Below, in pieces: positions 62,150-64,000 of a DNA stretch of 64,000 bases. The notes beneath the pieces were generated by a model. That model had not been told where the DNA came from. It saw only the letters and a list, made by a program, of their open reading frames with translations, and did not search any database. How positions within the stretch are numbered: position 1 is the stretch's first letter; each line of letters starts with the position of its first letter. The stretch is from Macrostomum lignano. Taxonomy: Eukaryota. The stretch covers positions 62,001 through 126,000 of the forward strand of contig NIVC01002081.1 of the NCBI GenBank assembly GCA_002269645.1, in the 5' to 3' direction. The translations under genes and the position numbers were made by a program.

Positions 62150-62470
62150 ACCCTCGAAAAAATGCTTTCTGTTTAGTAGGACCGACTATCTGTATCAGTG
62201 ACTGCCTAATTGCAGATATCAGTTATCCTCTAACTAAGTTATAAGTTCCTCTTGATTCGCATATTTTTATTGCTTTTTCATTCTACGAAAGCAAAAAAAA
62301 GGATTTAGCGAAATGTACTGTCGAGATAGGAAGCTTTCAGATTATGAAAAACAATTGAGCCTTTTGTTCTGAAACCAATCACATAACTATAATACGTACC
62401 TACCAACAGACAACTCAGTTTTAGTATAGTGGACTAGCAAGTTGCGCCCCCCTTGGGGAGGCAGCAGCAA
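62150..62470 (-). mobile_element. Helitron-like head-to-tail junction (3' end of one unit at 62434, 5' end of the next at 62433); outer limits not resolved
   Basis: Minus strand reads GCCTCCCCAAGGGGGGC-GCAACTTG-CTAG|TCCACTATACTAAAACTGAGTTGTCTGT, the same termini as in 33325..40079. Confidence 0.75.
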
Positions 62471-63184
62471 AGAAAAGAATAAAGATATTTAAATAGACTA
62501 CATCTATAGGGTTCTGACCTTGCGTTGTGCAGCCACTGTTTTCAATTTTAAGGAAATGGTTAAAGCAAAATGCATCCGGCCTGAAAGCCTAAAATAGCAG
62601 CTCCTCTGTGAGCTTTGGTTCAAAAGCCCCTGAGCAACTCCCATGAGCCTTGAAGTCTCAAAAATCCCTCATGATCCTTGTCATCTTAGCAGGTCCCCTC
62701 GTAAACCTTAATAACTCCTGTAAGCCTTGAGATGCGGATTTGCTACATGGGAGGTTTCGCCATAGACTAATTCGATCAAGAAAAAAGGCGGCTTGAACAA
62801 ATGCACTAAAGAAGAGACAGGAACAGCTGAAATCTAGCCAGAACTTAGTAAAATTTTGCATAGTAAGTTCCAGCTTTTTTAGGGCCAGCGAGTCAGTAAC
62901 TCTCTGTGATTGCAGAGGATTTTTTCGACCAAAATTTCTCTAACCGCTGCTAGGATGGGGATTTAAAGCAGAAAGGGCTGCATCAATCACCACCCAGGGC
63001 TACACGAGAGAGAAGATTTATTGCATCAATGTGATTGTCTTGGGGGTGTCTGTGGTGATTGATCAGTGCTAGGAATTCTCTGTAGCATAGGGACGATCAG
63101 TGAATTCTGAGCAACTCGGGAGTATGCGGACTTTATGGATAGGCTTTCTGTAGACATTTTTATCTCATGTCGGTGATCAATGAA

Positions 63185-63283
63185 CAGACAGACAGACAAT
63201 CAGATGCTAAGACACTAAGACACTTAGACAGACAGAAAGACCATAAAACAGACAGACAGACAGATAGACAGACAGACAGACAC

Positions 63284-63354
<71 letters not shown>

Positions 63355-63369
63355 TGCAGACAGACAGGC

Positions 63370-63430
<61 letters not shown>

Positions 63431-63442
63431 GGCAGACAGACA
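63185..63442. repeat. (ACAG)n microsatellite
   Basis: Direct reading. Confidence 0.96.
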
Positions 63443-63779
63443 GTGCTAACTTGAGCCGCAGAAGTCACAGGAGAGATGAAGACAAAAAAGGCTGATCAAC
63501 TGGGCAACAGACGATCGTCAAAGAAGGCCAGCCCAGTCGAGTGGCAAGTAAGTTTTCTCGCTAATTGCAGCTCAAGGTAGAGCCTTCTGTTCACATTCGT
63601 CTGTGCAATAGAGACTGCTCCATCATAATTACTCAATGCTTCGTTTCATTTTATGGCTTTCTCGTTAATGTAAGCACAGGAGTGAACTCGGAGAGTGTTT
63701 GAATAATTTGTCTGCACTTTCCACGCAATGCACTAAAATAGTTGTATTTGTCAGGTGTCCTTGACAGACTGGGATGAGG

Positions 63780-64000
63780 TACTTACTTACTTACTACTGA
63801 CGGGGGGCGCAGGCGCCGCGAATAGGCCGCGAGGCCCCTATCGCAACCCCAAGGTAAAAGAGCACAAGGATTAGCCTTGGGGGTGCGCCCAGTCCCCGCC
63901 AGTAGTCGGCAGGTCCGCAGTGGAGGCATCGGCGACCCTCATCCGGCCGGAGTCCCGGACGAAGGCGCGGAGGTCTCGGATATTGTCCGCGGTGGTCAGC
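63780..64000 (-). mobile_element. Probable 3' end of a non-LTR retrotransposon (LINE)
   Basis: Minus-strand open frame from the window edge [19 protein letters not shown]...QG* (stop at 63871), GC-rich UTR with an inverted repeat, then a (TAAG)n tail. Confidence 0.5.

Overview
Eukaryotic (invertebrate bilaterian) genomic DNA that is very rich in mini- and microsatellites. The style resembles a flatworm such as Macrostomum, but that is an inference. Two convergent multi-exon genes were reconstructed by hand from splice sites and reading phase. (1) The 3' part of a COE/EBF/collier/unc-3 transcription factor on + has 8 visible coding exons, 2041..24539, and its 5' exons lie upstream of the window. 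(2) An apparently complete tandem-GAF cyclic-nucleotide phosphodiesterase of the PDE5/6/11 class on - has 13 coding exons, 52935..26240, about 928 aa. Nearly all long ORFs in the supplied track are artefacts of tandem repeats. The most notable non-genic structure is a family of non-autonomous Helitron-like elements in head-to-tail tandems: a 6.75-kb dimer inserted cleanly at an A|T site inside a 21-bp minisatellite, and a second junction at 62433/62434. The dimer carries a tRNA-Ser-like Pol III cassette and unit-specific minisatellite expansions. Also present are a tRNA-derived SINE family (4 copies), a TIR element with an internal 21-bp array, a probable LINE 3' end, a degenerate hammerhead-ribozyme-like motif between the two 3' ends, and repeat arrays that mimic or duplicate splice acceptors. 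Exon coordinates were counted manually and repeat boundaries are approximate. No database searches were run.
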